Shown here: positions 62,005 to 64,000 of the stretch, in pieces
Layout: each line of letters begins with the position of its first letter
How positions within the stretch are numbered: the stretch's first letter is position 1
Source: Carcharhinus longimanus
Lineage: Eukaryota
Reading direction: 5' to 3'
Length of the DNA: 64,000 nt
Assembly: GCA_030264375.1 (NCBI GenBank)
Contig: JASCQW010000081.1
Span: 49,116,948 to 49,180,947 of the forward strand
Notes under the pieces: generated by a model
What the model saw: only the letters and a program-made list of their open reading frames with translations
Told to the model about the DNA's origin: nothing
Database searches by the model: none
Made by a program: the position numbers and the translations under genes

Positions 62005-63003
62005 AAAGAACAAAGAAAAGTACAGCACAGGAACAGACCCTTCAGCCCTCCAAGCCTGTGCCTATCATGACGCCATAACTAAACTAAAATGAAAACCTTC
62101 TGTCCTTACTCGTATCTTCAGTCGATATCCCTCTATTCCTTCCCTATTCCTGTACCCATCCAGATGACTCTGAAATGTTGTTAACATGCCTGCTTCCACT
62201 CACCTCCTCTTGTAGCACACTCCAGGCACCCACCACTCTCTGCATGAAAAATTTCCCCCATGCATTATACTATGTACGATACAGACTTAGCACGAGGCTT
62301 CACTTTTTTTTAAATTCGTTCACAATCTGTGGGTGTTACTAGACCAGTATTTATTTCGCATCCCTAATTGCCCTTGAGAAAGTTGTGGTGAGCTACCTTC
62401 TTGGACCACTGCAGTCCATGTGGTGTAGGTACACCCACAGCACAATTAGAGGGGAGTTCCAGGATTTTCTCCCAGCACCAGTGAAGGAACAGTGATATAG
62501 TTTCAGCTTTGGGTGTGATTTGGAGAGGTACTTTCAGGTGGTGATGTTTCCAGGTATCTGCCACTGCCCTCGTCCTTCCAGGAGGAGGAGGTTTGGAATG
62601 CGCTTTTGAAGAAGAGTTGGTGAGGTGCCACACTGCACTTTATGAATGGCACTCACTGCTGCAACTGTGCATTGGTGCTGGAGGAAGTGAGGTGCTGGAT
62701 CAGATGCCAATCAAGCAGGCTGCTTTGTCCTGGATAGTCATAGAGGTTTACAGCATGGAAACAGGCCCTTCAGCCCAACTTGTCCATGCTGCCCTTTTTT
62801 TTAAACCCCTAAGCTAATCCCAATTGCCCACATTTGGCCCCTATCCCTCTATACCCATCGTACCCAGGTAACTGCCTAAATGCTTTTTAAAAGATAAAAT
62901 TGTACCTGCCTCTACTACTACCTCCAGCAGCTTGTTCCAGACACTCACCACCCTCTGATGTGAAAAAATTGCCCCTCTGGACCCTTTTGTACTTCTCCCC
63001 TCT
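62005..63003 (-). mobile_element. Cluster of CR1-type LINE 3' ends (62005-62260, 62305-62735, 62735-63003)
   Basis: Typical 3' UTR motifs cagcacaggaacag.cccttcagccc, ccctaattgcccttgagaa and atagtcatagaggtttacagcatggaaacagg. Confidence 0.7.
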
Positions 63004-63004
63004 A

Positions 63005-63590
63005 AGGCAAGCGATTAACCATGTGTCGATGGGAGATTTTGTACTTGTTTAGGGAGGCTTTCAGAGTGTCCTTGTCGCATTTCCTCTGCCCTCAGAGCTC
63101 CGAGCAGAGTACTTATTTTGAGACTGTTGTGTCGGATGTATGGACAATGACCAGTGCCTCGCTACTGGGGACATCGACCTGGGACGGACATTGGTATGCC
63201 TGTCCTGCCAGTGGATTTACAGGATTTTGCAGAGGCAGTGTTAGTGATATTTCTCCAGCGATTTGAGGTGTCTGCTGTATGTTGTCCATGTTTCTGATGC
63301 ACACACGAGGGTGGGAACTGCAGCTGCTCTGTACACCCCATGCTTGCTGCTGGATTTGGGGTCTCTCTGCCCAACACTCTGTCGAAACGCGCATGCCTCC
63401 GACACAACAACAGCGACCATACGTCAAGAAGCACGTGGTTGGCTTCAGGTGGCTGTTGAACATTGGAAAGGGCGCTACAGCAACGCAGTCACCTCTCTGT
63501 GTGGAGAAGGGAGATAGAACAATGAGAGTGGAGCCCTGACCCAGCTCGCATCTGTGGCCTCGGGGCCAAGCGAGAAGAGGCTGCAGAGAG
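63005..63590 (-). mobile_element. RTE-clade LINE ORF remnant
   Basis: Minus strand ASETWTTYSRHLKSLEKYH*HCLCKIL.IHWQDRHTNV, matching the RTE motif ETWT....L..F...CLR.IL.I.W.D...N. Confidence 0.75.
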
Positions 63591-64000
63591 CTCAGTGTTC
63601 AGTACTGGCTTGGTATGTTCCCAAAAAAACATTTAATTAAAGGAGAAAGATTAACAATAGACAAGAACAAAGGCCGGTTGCTGATAGACAGCAATATGAA
63701 AGGGATTTGGTGATCTTTTGAGTCCCAGAGTACGCAGCTAAAAAGCTAAACATTCCTTTTATTTATGTTGTCTAATAAACTCTGTCTGCATACCGAGTGC
63801 CGCGATCTATCCCTTGTTTGCTGCTTCAAGCTGCTTTGATGGGATAATTGTATGAACAGAGGTGAGAGATAGGGACTGCCAAAAGTGAAATTCTCCTGTT
63901 CGCTGTGGTTGCAAGCTGCATTGCTCGAATATTTTCCTATTATTTTGTCTCCAAACCAACACTGAGCGTTTCGGTCTCAGGTTTCTTTACAATAGCACCC

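Overview
AT-rich, gappy, repeat-rich vertebrate genomic DNA. The repeat complement (HE1-type V-SINEs, DeuSINE/SacSINE1-like SINEs, HER1/CR1, L2, Rex/Babar and RTE LINEs) points to a shark/chondrichthyan genome. The only convincing host coding sequence is a minus-strand exon at 59272-59374 encoding a signal-peptide-like N-terminus, followed by a GTAAG donor. Most of the window (1-59271) therefore appears to be one very large intron of a secreted or membrane protein gene that I cannot name. Almost all ORF-track entries are noise, N-run artefacts or retroelement remnants. The most striking signal is a family of five short inverted-repeat elements (6462, 12965, 18552, 20934, 55337). Four have 13-15 bp target-site duplications and a one-sided ~38 nt tail, and several carry minimal type I hammerhead ribozyme motifs (CUGAUGA-stem II-GAAA, palindromic AGCU helix III), so they look like Penelope-like-element derivatives. 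One copy has a near-complete hammerhead, one has a CR1 LINE inserted into the catalytic core, and arm breakpoints cluster at the ribozyme. Also present are a deleted Gypsy LTR element, a decayed coiled-coil ORF, a minisatellite next to the exon's splice acceptor, and candidate micro-exons and conserved non-coding elements. All family names are from recognition by eye, and coordinates of old repeats are approximate.
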